64,000 nucleotides of DNA from an uncultured archaeon. GTDB lineage: Archaea; Iainarchaeota; Iainarchaeia; Iainarchaeales; DATDZZ01. Shown here piece after piece: positions 29,862-39,811 of this stretch (positions are counted from its first letter, which is position 1; each line of letters opens with the position of its first letter). The DNA lies in contig CAYJVY010000007.1 of assembly GCA_964373795.1 (NCBI GenBank), positions 21,385 through 85,384 on the forward strand. The letters run 5' to 3'. The notes below the pieces were generated by a model. That model worked only from the letters and a program-made list of their open reading frames with translations, made no database searches and was not told the origin of the DNA. A program made the position numbers and the translations under genes.

Positions 29862-30707
29862 ATGAAATATTTAATTTATGGAAAGGGTTGGCTTGGAAAT
29901 AAATTTAAACAATATTTTGCAGATGCTGAAATATCTTTATCAAGAGTGTTAGATTCCAAAACAATTGTACAAGAACTTAATGAAAAACAACCAAAGATAG
30001 TAATAAATTGTATTGGGATAACGGGAAACCCTAATATTGATTGGTGCGAATCTCATAAAAATGAAACCTTGTTTGGAAATGTTACAGTTCCTCTTTTACT
30101 ATTAGATGCATGTCAGCAAACTAATACTCCTTTAATGCATATTGGGAGTGGATGTATTTATGAAGGAGACAATAACGGCACAGGATTTTCAGAGGAAGAT
30201 CCTCCAAATTTTTTTGGAAGTTTTTATAGTCGTACAAAAATTTTGGCTGAACAAGCTCTAAAAGAGTTTCCAGTTTTACAATTGAGGTTAAGAATGCCGC
30301 TTGATTCAGTTCCTAATAAAAAAAATTTAATTACAAAATTAGTTGGATATAAAAAAGTAATAAGTGTAAAAAACTCTATTAGTGTTATAGATGACTTGCT
30401 TTTTGCTGCAAAAAAATTAATTGATAAAAAAAAGGTTGGAGTCTATAATGTTGTAAATCCAAACCCAATTGAGCATTCTGAAATTTTAGATTTATATAAG
30501 GAAATTGTTGATTCAAGTTTTAAATATGAAATAATGGCCTTGACTGAACTTGAAAAAATTACTAAAGCAAAAAGAAGTAATTGTGTTTTAAGTACTAGAA
30601 AGCTTGAGGGTGAGGGAATTCATTTGGATTCAACAAAGGTTGCTTTGAAAAGAATTTTTAAAGAGTACAAAAACCATTTGCAGAGTAATATTGAACTTCA
30701 AAAGTAA
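29862..30707 (+). CDS. RmlD-like NAD(P)-dependent sugar reductase/epimerase
   Basis: 281 aa. The pattern …CIGITGN…HIGSGCIYEGDNNGTGFSEEDPPNFFGSFYSRTKILAEQ… resembles the dTDP-4-dehydrorhamnose reductase substrate-binding domain. Confidence 0.6.
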   Translation: MKYLIYGKGWLGNKFKQYFADAEISLSRVLDSKTIVQELNEKQPKIVINCIGITGNPNIDWCESHKNETLFGNVTVPLLLLDACQQTNTPLMHIGSGCIYEGDNNGTGFSEEDPPNFFGSFYSRTKILAEQALKEFPVLQLRLRMPLDSVPNKKNLITKLVGYKKVISVKNSISVIDDLLFAAKKLIDKKKVGVYNVVNPNPIEHSEILDLYKEIVDSSFKYEIMALTELEKITKAKRSNCVLSTRKLEGEGIHLDSTKVALKRIFKEYKNHLQSNIELQK

Positions 30708-30712
30708 CCTTA

Positions 30713-31495
30713 TTATATTAAAGCATTTTTTAATGCGTCTTTGCATTCACATTTTCTTTCTTTTGAAGAATGAATTCTTGGAATAATTTCTGTAATTAAT
30801 TGTTTTACTTTTTCTGAATTGTTTTTCATTATTTGAATTATTTCTTCAACTGTAACAGGTTTTTCTGCAAATGAATCAAAATCTGTAACCATTGAAATAT
30901 TTGCATAACAAATTTCTGCTTCTCTTGCTAAAACCGCTTCTGGAACCAAAGTCATTCCAATTATTTGAGCACTCCATGAACGAAATAAATTTGATTCAGC
31001 TTTAGTGGAAAACCTTGGTCCTTCAATGCATACATAAGTTCCTTTTTCATGAAATTTTAAATTCAATTTTTTTGCTGAATTAATTAGAGTTTTTCTTAAA
31101 TCTTCACATATTGGGTGAGCAGTTGAAATATGACATACTTGGCTTCCCTCAAAAAATGTTTGCTTTCTATTAGTTGTTCTATCAATGAATTGATCTGCAA
31201 AAACAAATTCGCCTGGTTTAATGTTTTCCTGTAATGATCCAACTGCTGAAGGAGCTAAAATGAATTTTACTCCTAATTCTTTTAAAGCCCAAATATTTGC
31301 TCTATAATTTACATTTGATGGGTTGAATTGATGGTTCAAGCCATGTCTTGGAATTATTGCAATTTCTTTTCCTTCATATTTTCCTAATGTAATTAAATCG
31401 CTTGGACTTCCAAAAGGAGTGTGAACTTTTCTTTGGCTTGAATTTGTTAATAGTTTTGGATCGTATATTCCTGTTCCGCCAATTATTCCAATCAT
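30713..31495 (-). CDS. mtnP: 5'-methylthioadenosine / purine nucleoside phosphorylase
   Basis: PNP/MTAP family: MIGIIGGTGIYD…, phosphate-binding and purine-binding regions. Confidence 0.85.
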   Translation of the reverse strand: MIGIIGGTGIYDPKLLTNSSQRKVHTPFGSPSDLITLGKYEGKEIAIIPRHGLNHQFNPSNVNYRANIWALKELGVKFILAPSAVGSLQENIKPGEFVFADQFIDRTTNRKQTFFEGSQVCHISTAHPICEDLRKTLINSAKKLNLKFHEKGTYVCIEGPRFSTKAESNLFRSWSAQIIGMTLVPEAVLAREAEICYANISMVTDFDSFAEKPVTVEEIIQIMKNNSEKVKQLITEIIPRIHSSKERKCECKDALKNALI

Positions 31496-31510
31496 GTTTT
31501 TTTCACGATT

Positions 31511-32077
31511 TTATTGATCTGGTTTTTCGTATTTAATTAAAGAGAAAATATTGTGGCCTTTGAGTTTTTTTCTACCACCAAGCCATTCTAATTCTACTAA
31601 AAAAGTTAAATTTTTTATGTTTCCTTTTAATTTTTTCACTAGTTTTGTTGCAGCTAAAGCTGTTCCACCTGTTGCAAGTAAGTCATCCACTATTAAAACC
31701 GAGTCTCCTTTATCTATTCCATCTTCATGGATTTCAATTGAATCAGTTCCATATTCTAATTCATATTCTTGTTTAATTGTTTTAGCTGGAAGTTTTCCGG
31801 GTTTTCGTAGAGGAACAAAACCTGCATGTAATTCGTTTGCAAGAATTGCTCCAAAAATGAATCCTCTTGATTCAGCTGAAACAACTTTATCAAAATGCAA
31901 GTCATGTTCAATATAGTAATTAATCATTTCATTTACTACATATCTTAGAGTGTGAGCTTCTTTAAGCAAAGTAGTTATGTCATAGTATAATACTCCTTCT
32001 CTTGGAAAATCAGGAACTTTTCTAATTTTTTGTTTTAAATCTAGTTTAGCCATTGAATATAAATTAGTAGTTAACAC
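31511..32077 (-). CDS. apt: adenine phosphoribosyltransferase
   Basis: PRPP loop VLIVDDLLATGGTALA; type I PRTase of about 180 aa. Confidence 0.85.
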   Translation of the reverse strand: MLTTNLYSMAKLDLKQKIRKVPDFPREGVLYYDITTLLKEAHTLRYVVNEMINYYIEHDLHFDKVVSAESRGFIFGAILANELHAGFVPLRKPGKLPAKTIKQEYELEYGTDSIEIHEDGIDKGDSVLIVDDLLATGGTALAATKLVKKLKGNIKNLTFLVELEWLGGRKKLKGHNIFSLIKYEKPDQ

Positions 32078-32095
32078 TTTTAATTTTAACTGTTT

Positions 32096-33058
32096 TTAGT
32101 TTACTGTTTTTCTCCAGTAATTCAGTAAATCTTTTAACGTTTGTTCTATTGGAATTTTGGGTTTCCAATTAGTTTCTTTAACAAATTTAGAGTTGTCTCC
32201 TAAAAGTTTTGGAATTAATGCTTGTCTTAATCTTTTTTCATCAACTTTTATTTCAATTTTTTTATTGCTTAATTCTAATAATTTTTTCAATAAATCTTTC
32301 ATTAAAATTCCTTTTCCTGAACAAATATTGTATGCTTCTCCTGCTTTGCATTTTTCTGCTGCAAGCCAATAAGCTTTCACCATGTCTCGAACATCGGTGA
32401 AATCCCTAACTGTTTCAAGGTTTCCTACAAAAATAATTGGTTCTTTTTTGCCTTTTTCAATTTCAACTATTTGATGACACCAATCAGAGTCAACTGTTTT
32501 AGAGTCTCTTTTAAGGCCAATGTGATTAAAAGGACGAATTCGAACAATGTTTAATTCATAGCTTTTAAAGTATTGATATCCGAGTAAATCCATTGCTGCT
32601 TTGCTTGTTCCGTATGGAGTTAAAGGCCTAAATGGCTGTGTTTCTTTTATTGGTAATTCATTGTCATAAACTAATCCATATAATTCAGGACTTGAAATTG
32701 CAATTACTTTAGTTTTATCTGAATATTTTCTTATGCTTTCAAATAAATTAATTGCGCCATCAAAGTTTACTTGAAAGGTTTTTTTAGGGTTTTCAAAAGA
32801 ATCAGGAACAAATGCAACTGCTGCTAAATGAAAAATAATATCTGGTTGAACTTGTTTTATTACTTCGTTTAATTTTTTTTCGTCACAAATATCACATTCA
32901 AACAACTTTATTTTGTTTAAATGTTCTTCTAGTTTTTCAGTGTTTTTCTTATTTCTAATTATTCCGTGAATTTGAGTTTCTTTAACGTTTTTAATTAAAA
33001 ATTCAACTAAATGACTTCCTGCAAACCCTCCAATTCCTGTAATTAAAACTTTTTGCAT
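32096..33058 (-). CDS. GDP-mannose 4,6-dehydratase / GDP-4-keto-6-deoxymannose reductase family SDR (paralog 1)
   Basis: Motifs ITGIGGFAGSHL, YGTSKAAMD, and RPFNHIG, following the Gmd/Rmd extended-SDR pattern. Confidence 0.7.
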   Translation of the reverse strand: MQKVLITGIGGFAGSHLVEFLIKNVKETQIHGIIRNKKNTEKLEEHLNKIKLFECDICDEKKLNEVIKQVQPDIIFHLAAVAFVPDSFENPKKTFQVNFDGAINLFESIRKYSDKTKVIAISSPELYGLVYDNELPIKETQPFRPLTPYGTSKAAMDLLGYQYFKSYELNIVRIRPFNHIGLKRDSKTVDSDWCHQIVEIEKGKKEPIIFVGNLETVRDFTDVRDMVKAYWLAAEKCKAGEAYNICSGKGILMKDLLKKLLELSNKKIEIKVDEKRLRQALIPKLLGDNSKFVKETNWKPKIPIEQTLKDLLNYWRKTVN

Positions 33059-33145
33059 TCAAATCCATTCTCTAAAAATTGCTTCTAATATATCTTAATT
33101 GTTCTTATTAATATTTTTAAACTATTCTAAGTTTATTTTAAGTGA

Positions 33146-33457
33146 ATGGCTGAGTCAAAATTTTCTGCAATAAACAAATGTAGGTCGTGTGGATCGGAAA
33201 ATTTAGAGTTTGTTTTATCTCTTGGAACTCAATTTGTTTCTGCTTTTGTTGATTCAAATTAAATGGGGAAAAAAACTGTGGGAACTTTAATTCCAATTAT
33301 TTCTGAAGAACAAGCAAGAAAAGACAAGCCGAATTATTTTCTTATATTGCCTTGGCATTTTTTGAAAGAATTTAAAGAACGAGAAAAAGATTTCTTGAAT
33401 TCAGGCGGAAAATTTATTGTTCCTCTTCCTGAGTTTAAAATTATTTCTTCTCAATAA
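33146..33457 (+). pseudogene. internally deleted remnant of a TylCIII-like sugar C-methyltransferase
   Basis: N-terminal zinc ribbon (CRSCGSENLEFVLSLG) followed by an in-frame TAA at 33260 and ATG, then a C-terminal segment (PNYFLILPWHFLKEF…GGKFIVPLPEFKII) homologous to the C-termini of ORFs 48793 and 53406. The roughly 300 aa between them are missing. Confidence 0.5.
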
Positions 33458-34466
33458 GTTTAACAATTTTTTTCACGTTTTGAGCTTCATTTTTATGACA
33501 AATTAATATTTTATCATTGCTTTCGACAATAATTAAGTTTTTTACACCAATTAATCCAATTAATTTTTTTCCAAAAACGATGTTATTTTTTGATTCAATT
33601 GCAATTGTTGGAGCAATTAATGTATTTTGATTCTCATCTTTTCCAAATTTTCTTTCCAACGCAGTCCAATCTCCTATGTCATCCCAATCAATTGGCGCTT
33701 CAACAACACTTAAATTTAATTCTTTTTCCATTATCCCATAATCAATTGAAATGTTTTCAAGTCCATTAAAAACTTCTTGCATAATTTTTTCATTAAAATT
33801 TGATTGCTTTATTTTCATTAAACCTTGATATAAGTTTGGCATGAATTGTTTGAATGATTCAAGTATTACTTTTGCTTTAAAAATAAATATACCTGAATTC
33901 CATAAAAAGTTTTTTGATTCAATGAATTCTTCAGCTTTTTCTTTATTGGGTTTTTCTACAAATCTTTTTACTTCAAAAAGTTTGTCTTTAATTTTGTTTC
34001 CTTTTTCAATATATCCATACCCAGTTTCTGGACGAGTAGGAGTTATTCCAATTAAAACAATTTTCCCTTTTTCTGCTTCTTTAAAACCAATTTCTAAGTG
34101 TTCAAAATATTTTTTATTATCTTTATAAGTATGGTCTGATGTTTCAACTAAAATTGTTGCTTCTGGATTTTCACTTAAAATTTTTATAGCACTTAATCCA
34201 ATGCAGGCAGCAGTATTTTTTGCAATTGGCTCTAAAACAAACTTAGCTCTTGGAACGACTTTTTTAATTGGTTCGAACAAGTTTTTTCCAGTTGAAATAA
34301 AAATGTTTTTTTCAGGAATTAATTGAGTTAATCTTTCAACTGTTTCTTCAATCATTGTTTTTTCAGTGAAAATTTTCAAGCATTGTTTTGGAGTTTCCTT
34401 TGTTGAAGCAGGCCAAAATCTTTCACCAAATCCGCCAGCCATTATAACTACAAATCTATTTTGCAT
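33441..34466 (-). CDS. mannose-1-phosphate guanylyltransferase (NDP-sugar pyrophosphorylase)
   Basis: N-terminal VIMAGGFGERFWPAS motif and ManC-type architecture. Confidence 0.8.
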   Translation of the reverse strand: MQNRFVVIMAGGFGERFWPASTKETPKQCLKIFTEKTMIEETVERLTQLIPEKNIFISTGKNLFEPIKKVVPRAKFVLEPIAKNTAACIGLSAIKILSENPEATILVETSDHTYKDNKKYFEHLEIGFKEAEKGKIVLIGITPTRPETGYGYIEKGNKIKDKLFEVKRFVEKPNKEKAEEFIESKNFLWNSGIFIFKAKVILESFKQFMPNLYQGLMKIKQSNFNEKIMQEVFNGLENISIDYGIMEKELNLSVVEAPIDWDDIGDWTALERKFGKDENQNTLIAPTIAIESKNNIVFGKKLIGLIGVKNLIIVESNDKILICHKNEAQNVKKIVKLIEKK

Positions 34467-35424
34467 TTACTTTTTCTCTCCAGTAATTCAGTAAGTCTTT
34501 TAATGTCTGCTCAAATGGGATTTCTGGTTTCCAGCCTGTTTGTTTTATGAATTTAGTTGAATCACATAAAAGTAATGGCACATCACTTGGACGCATTCTT
34601 GAAGGATCTTTAACTATTTCGATTTTTATCTTTGTTAACTTTAAAAGCATTTGTTGTAGTTCCTTCATTGAATAAGCTTTTCCTGTTCCAATATTATATT
34701 CTTCTCCTGGAACCCCTTTTTCTGCAGCTAAATAATATGCTTTAACAATGTCTCTTACGTCAGTGAAATCTCTTCTTGCATCTAAGTTTCCACAGAATAA
34801 TTTTGGTTCTCTTTTTTTTGCTTCAATTTCAGCTATTTGTTTACACCAATTGCTTGCAACATATACTTGTCCTCTTCTAGGCCCTGTGTGATTGAATGCT
34901 CTTGTTCTAACTATTTTTAATCCATAGCTTTTAAAGTATTGATATCCAAATAAATCTGTTGCAACCTTGCTTACTCCGTAAGGACTTAAAGGTCTTAAAG
35001 GATTTGATTCTTTTATTGGAACCTCATTTTCTAAAACTAATCCATATTCTTCACTTGATCCAGCTAAATGAATTTGTGGATTTAATTCTAGTCTTCTTAA
35101 TGCTTCAAGCAAGTTAACTGTTCCAAAAATATTTGAATTAATTGTTTCGTGTGGAGCAAGCCAAGACTTTGGAACAAATGCTTGAGCAGCTAAATGAAAA
35201 ACATAATCTGGTTGAGATTGTTTTAATGAATCCAAAACAGTATTTTGATCAGTTAAATCACATTCAAATAATTTTACTTTATCTAAAATATGTTTAATGT
35301 TGTCTAGTTTTGCATTATATGTTCTAATAGTTCCATGTACTTCTCCTAATTTGTTACTCAAAATATAATCAGCTAAATGGCTTCCTGCAAAGCCTGTAAT
35401 GCCAGTAATAAAAAATTTCTTCAT
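34456..35424 (-). CDS. GDP-mannose 4,6-dehydratase / reductase family SDR (paralog 2)
   Basis: Motifs ITGITGFAGSHL, YGVSKVATD, and RAFNHTGPRRG (the Gmd NHxGPRRG signature). Confidence 0.7.
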   Translation of the reverse strand: MKKFFITGITGFAGSHLADYILSNKLGEVHGTIRTYNAKLDNIKHILDKVKLFECDLTDQNTVLDSLKQSQPDYVFHLAAQAFVPKSWLAPHETINSNIFGTVNLLEALRRLELNPQIHLAGSSEEYGLVLENEVPIKESNPLRPLSPYGVSKVATDLFGYQYFKSYGLKIVRTRAFNHTGPRRGQVYVASNWCKQIAEIEAKKREPKLFCGNLDARRDFTDVRDIVKAYYLAAEKGVPGEEYNIGTGKAYSMKELQQMLLKLTKIKIEIVKDPSRMRPSDVPLLLCDSTKFIKQTGWKPEIPFEQTLKDLLNYWREKVNAK

Positions 35425-36548
35425 TTTTCTTCCTCCAGTTCTTTTTCATAAACCTCAATAAATTTATTAATATTTTCTTTCCAATCAAACCTTTTAACAA
35501 AGTTTGAAGCATTTACGACAATTTTTTGCTTCTCTTTATTGTCTAAATTTATTATTTCATTAATTTTTTTAGCAGCATTTTCATGATTTGAATAATCGAC
35601 TAAAAAACCATTAGTATTATTATTAATTATGGTTCGAAATTGGTTTATATTATTTACGATTGGAATTAATTTTACAGTCATTCCTTCAATTAATGAAATT
35701 CCAAAACCTTCAAATTCTGAAGCCGAAACAAAATATTCCGCTTTTGCAAGTTCTTGTAATAAATCTTTTTCATTTCTTTCACCTAGTAAAAACACGTTTT
35801 TTTGTAATTTGTTTTCTTGAATTAATTCTGTTAACTCGTTAGTTAATCCATGAAAGTCTTTTCCAATTATTTTTAATTTCACGTTTGAATTTAATTTAAT
35901 CAGTTCTGCAAATGTTATAATTAAGTTGTCTACCCGTTTGTTTTTTGAGATTCTTCCAACAAAAATAAACGAATTTTTTTCCTGCTTTTTTTTTAGTTTA
36001 AATTTTTCTAGATTGAATGGAATTTCAATTACTCCTAAATTTTCTTTCTTAACTATCTTCGAAAAACTTTCAAAATCAGTTTTACCAATAGCTAAAATAT
36101 GTGACTTGTTTAGTGAAAACTTTAACCACAAATTAAAATAAATCCATTTTATAATACTTAATTTTCGTGTATGAAATATTCCTCCTCCTGTAGAGACAAC
36201 TAGTTTTTTCGAATGCAATCCAAGCAATTTTGTTAAAATTAAATAATCTGCAAAAAAACCCAATCCGTGAATATGGATTAAATCAAATTCTTTTACAAAA
36301 CTTAAAACCTTTAAAGCGATTTTATAATATTTTAAATCAATAAAAGGAATTCTGTGAATTTTAATGCCTTCTTCAAAAGATGCCTCTAGCAATATTTCAT
36401 CCGAGTTATGGCATTTATTTAAGCAGACAATTTCTGAATAGATTCCTTTTTTATTTAATTCTTTTGCCAACTCCAATACATATGTTTCAATTCCGCCAAT
36501 GCATGGAAAAACATGATTTGTCACATGTAATACTTTGAATTTTTTCAT
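35421..36548 (-). CDS. glycosyltransferase family 4
   Basis: C-terminal EFEGFGISLIEGM motif (the GT4 E-x7-E region). Confidence 0.75.
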   Translation of the reverse strand: MKKFKVLHVTNHVFPCIGGIETYVLELAKELNKKGIYSEIVCLNKCHNSDEILLEASFEEGIKIHRIPFIDLKYYKIALKVLSFVKEFDLIHIHGLGFFADYLILTKLLGLHSKKLVVSTGGGIFHTRKLSIIKWIYFNLWLKFSLNKSHILAIGKTDFESFSKIVKKENLGVIEIPFNLEKFKLKKKQEKNSFIFVGRISKNKRVDNLIITFAELIKLNSNVKLKIIGKDFHGLTNELTELIQENKLQKNVFLLGERNEKDLLQELAKAEYFVSASEFEGFGISLIEGMTVKLIPIVNNINQFRTIINNNTNGFLVDYSNHENAAKKINEIINLDNKEKQKIVVNASNFVKRFDWKENINKFIEVYEKELEEEK

Positions 36549-37508
36549 TTAATTCGCCTTCAAATAACCTGTAATTAATCCTGTACAAAAAGCAATTGTT
36601 CTAATAAATAACATAAATGGACTAATTAGCGCAACTAAAAAATTTTTTTGCAATGCAAATAATGTGAAAGGAATAAAACTCAAAAACAATGCTGTAAACA
36701 GAATGAAGACAATCATTATTAGGGGTAAATAAATTATTGAAAAAATTAAAAATAATGGAATTAAATATCCTAATAGAATTTGGATTTTCATTAATTGAGG
36801 GGTATAAGAATCTTTCACAATTTTTTCTTTAAAGTTCTTGTATAATTTTACTCTCCAAAAAGCGCGAAAAAATTTTACTTTAATATATTTCCATAAAGAG
36901 GTTGGATGGAAGTGAAATACCATTGCCAAGGGGTTAAATATTAGTTTAGCTCCTTTTTTTGCAAGCTTAAAACTTAAATCAGGATCCTCTCCTGAGGCAA
37001 TAGGGTATGATTCATCAAATCCTTTTACTTGCATAAATTCTTTTTTTCGGTATGCACAGCAATAACTTCCAATAAAGTCAATGAATTTATTTTTTTTCAT
37101 TAAATTATATCTGTCTTCTATTTCTAATTGAATGAAATTAGCTATTAGTGATTTTTGTTTTGTTTTATATGTTCCTTGAACGCCAATTATTTTTTTATCT
37201 TTGAATGGTTTTAATAATTCTTTTAACATGTTTTTATCCGCTTCGCAATCGGCATCAGTGAATATGATTATTTCTCCATGAGCTTTTAATGCTCCAAGAT
37301 TTCTTGCAGTAGCTGGTCCTTTGTTTTTTTGATAAAAATATTTTACTTTTGAAAACTTTTTTACAACTTCTTTTGTTTTATCAGTTGAACCGTCGTCTAC
37401 CACAATTATTTCAAATGGTTCTAGAAAGCTTTGATTTAGCAATGACTTAATGCATGTTTCAATTCTTTTTTCTTCATTAAATGCTGGAACTATAATTGAT
37501 GCATTCAT
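36549..37508 (-). CDS. glycosyltransferase family 2 with C-terminal TM segments
   Basis: IIVPAFNEEKRI, VVDDGSTD and DADCE (DxD) motifs, followed by 3-4 C-terminal helices. Confidence 0.75.
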   Translation of the reverse strand: MNASIIVPAFNEEKRIETCIKSLLNQSFLEPFEIIVVDDGSTDKTKEVVKKFSKVKYFYQKNKGPATARNLGALKAHGEIIIFTDADCEADKNMLKELLKPFKDKKIIGVQGTYKTKQKSLIANFIQLEIEDRYNLMKKNKFIDFIGSYCCAYRKKEFMQVKGFDESYPIASGEDPDLSFKLAKKGAKLIFNPLAMVFHFHPTSLWKYIKVKFFRAFWRVKLYKNFKEKIVKDSYTPQLMKIQILLGYLIPLFLIFSIIYLPLIMIVFILFTALFLSFIPFTLFALQKNFLVALISPFMLFIRTIAFCTGLITGYLKAN

Positions 37509-37562
37509 ATTTAGATCTCAATGAAATTAAATTTAAATCCAAACTAGTACAAAATTAATTCT

Positions 37563-38369
37563 TTAAAGCATTGCTTTTGCTTTTTTAACATCATTTTTTG
37601 AGTTAATATTAATGTATATTCCTTGAAATGGGTATCCTAAAAGTAATCCTTTTTTTGCTAGTTTTGGAAAAAAATCTTTTTCAATGCTTTTCATGTCTCT
37701 TGAAATGTATTTATATATTTCGGGTTCAAATAAAAAATGTCCTGCTGAAACTAAATAGCTTTTAACTTCTTTTTTTGGTTTTTGAATGAATTCCTTTATT
37801 TTGTTTCCTTCAAGTATTACTACTCCGTAATTTTTTGGATTTGAAACAGTGGTTAACGCAATTGTTGCAATTGAATTATTTTTTTTATGAAAAGTTAGCA
37901 TGTCATTTAAATTTAGTGAACAAATGGTGTTTCCATATGAAACCAAAAAAGTGTCATCAAATAATTCTTTTACTTTGAATAATGGCTCCATTGTTCCTTC
38001 AGGTTTTTCGTTTAAAATAAAGTTAACATTGTACTCTAGCTTTTTTGAAGTTAATTTGTTTTGGATTTCATTTTGTTTAAAATCCAAGTATAATTGAAAA
38101 TTATTTGCGCCAAACTCACTTATTCTACTTAATACAGTTTCCAAAACAGTTTTTCCGTTCAAGTCAACTAAAGCAATTGGTTTTTTGTCAACCTCTTCTT
38201 TTCCACCAGCTAAAACTAAAACGTTTTTTAATTTAAAATCGGTTAAAAATTTTGTTAAAAGATACTCTATTGCTTGACTTCTGCTTCTAATTGTTAATCC
38301 ATCAATTATTCTATCAACTTGTTTTACTACGTCGTTTTTAATTGTAATAGTTATTCTATCGCGTTTCAT
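37563..38369 (-). CDS. ribbon-helix-helix DNA-binding domain fused to sugar-phosphate nucleotidyltransferase-like domain
   Basis: N-terminal MKRDRITITIKNDVVKQVDRII…RSRSQAIEYLL matches the CopG/NikR-type RHH. Residues 50-268 have the NTP-transferase fold (VLVLAGGKEEVDKKP…YGVVIL…EKP…VSAGHFLFE) but lack the GxGTR phosphate-binding residues. Confidence 0.65.
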   Translation of the reverse strand: MKRDRITITIKNDVVKQVDRIIDGLTIRSRSQAIEYLLTKFLTDFKLKNVLVLAGGKEEVDKKPIALVDLNGKTVLETVLSRISEFGANNFQLYLDFKQNEIQNKLTSKKLEYNVNFILNEKPEGTMEPLFKVKELFDDTFLVSYGNTICSLNLNDMLTFHKKNNSIATIALTTVSNPKNYGVVILEGNKIKEFIQKPKKEVKSYLVSAGHFLFEPEIYKYISRDMKSIEKDFFPKLAKKGLLLGYPFQGIYININSKNDVKKAKAML

Positions 38370-38508
38370 TTTTTCACTTTTTCGAGATTTGTATTAATTA
38401 AGTTTAAGAACTTCTTTTACTTAATCATACTATATATGATTGTTTTATTAATTTAAAGTTTTTCTTAATGGATTGTTTTACTTTTTAATCTTTTTATGAA
38501 GTGATTGC

Positions 38509-39807
38509 TTGAAGATTTGCGTTATTGGAGTAGGCTATGTAGGATTAGTTGTTGGAACTTGTTTAGCTGAATTAGGAAACGATGTTATTTGTGTTGACTC
38601 TGATAAAGACAAAATTAATAAATTAAATAAAGGAGTTATTCCAATTTATGAGCCAGGATTGAAAGAATTAGTTGATAGAAGTGTTCGAGAAAAAAGATTG
38701 TTTTTTTCTATTGATGCTGATTCAAGTATTCAAAAATCTGGAGTAATTTTTATTGCAGTTGGAACTCCTCAAGGAAGTAAAGGAAAAGCTGATTTAACTA
38801 GTATATTCAATGTTGCTGAAAGAATTGGTCAAAACTTGAATGAATATAAAGTTGTTGTAGTGAAGTCTACAGTGCCTGTTGGAACAACTGAAAAAGTAAG
38901 GCAATTAATTAAAAAAAATTCTTTAAATAAAAATGGGTTCGATGTTGTCTCTAATCCAGAGTTTTTAAGGGAAGGCGAAGCAGTAAACGATTTTTTGTTT
39001 CCAGATAGAGTTGTAATTGGAGTTGAAAGTGAGAAAGCAAAGAAAAAATTGGAAGAACTTTATAGTGGAATTGTTCGAATTAAAAGGCCTTTAATTATAA
39101 CTGATGTGAAAAGTGCTGAAATGATTAAATATGCTGCTAATTCTATGCTTGCAACAAGAATTTCTTTTATGAATGAAATTGCTCGTTTGTGTGAAAAAGT
39201 TGGAGCAGACGTTAAAATTGTTTCAAAAGGAATTGGCTTGGATTCAAGGATTGGGCCAAGATTTTTGCAAGCAGGAGCAGGTTATGGTGGGAGTTGTTTT
39301 CCAAAGGATGTTCAAGCTTTTATTAAAACAGCTGAGGAGAATGGAATTGAATTCAAAATTTTAAAAGCAGTTGAAAAAGTAAATGAAGAGCAAAAAAAGT
39401 CTTTGTTTGAAAAATTGAAGAAATTTATTCCAAATTTGAATGGAAAAAAAATTGCGTTATGTGGTTTAGCTTTCAAGCCTAAAACTGATGACATTAGAGA
39501 AGCTCCTGCGCTTACTTTAATTAATCAATTATTAAATGAAGGAGCAATTGTTCAAGCCTTTGATCCTGAAGCAGAAAATAATATAAAAAAAGTTTTTCCT
39601 CAAATAAAGTGTTGTTCAACTCCTTATAATGCTCTTGAAGGTTGTTCTGCATTAGTAATTGTAACAGAATGGAATGAATTTAGAAACCTAGATAAAGAAA
39701 AAATTAAATCCTTATTACTTGAACCAGTAATTGTGGATGGAAGAAATGTTTACGAGCCAAAAGAAATGAAAGAATTGGGGTTTAAGTATGTTGGAATTGG
39801 AAGGTGA
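38509..39807 (+). CDS. ugd: UDP-glucose 6-dehydrogenase
   Basis: TTG start. IGVGYVGLVVG Rossmann motif and GGSCFPKD catalytic Cys motif. 432 aa. Confidence 0.85.
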   Translation: MKICVIGVGYVGLVVGTCLAELGNDVICVDSDKDKINKLNKGVIPIYEPGLKELVDRSVREKRLFFSIDADSSIQKSGVIFIAVGTPQGSKGKADLTSIFNVAERIGQNLNEYKVVVVKSTVPVGTTEKVRQLIKKNSLNKNGFDVVSNPEFLREGEAVNDFLFPDRVVIGVESEKAKKKLEELYSGIVRIKRPLIITDVKSAEMIKYAANSMLATRISFMNEIARLCEKVGADVKIVSKGIGLDSRIGPRFLQAGAGYGGSCFPKDVQAFIKTAEENGIEFKILKAVEKVNEEQKKSLFEKLKKFIPNLNGKKIALCGLAFKPKTDDIREAPALTLINQLLNEGAIVQAFDPEAENNIKKVFPQIKCCSTPYNALEGCSALVIVTEWNEFRNLDKEKIKSLLLEPVIVDGRNVYEPKEMKELGFKYVGIGR

Positions 39808-39811
39808 ATAG

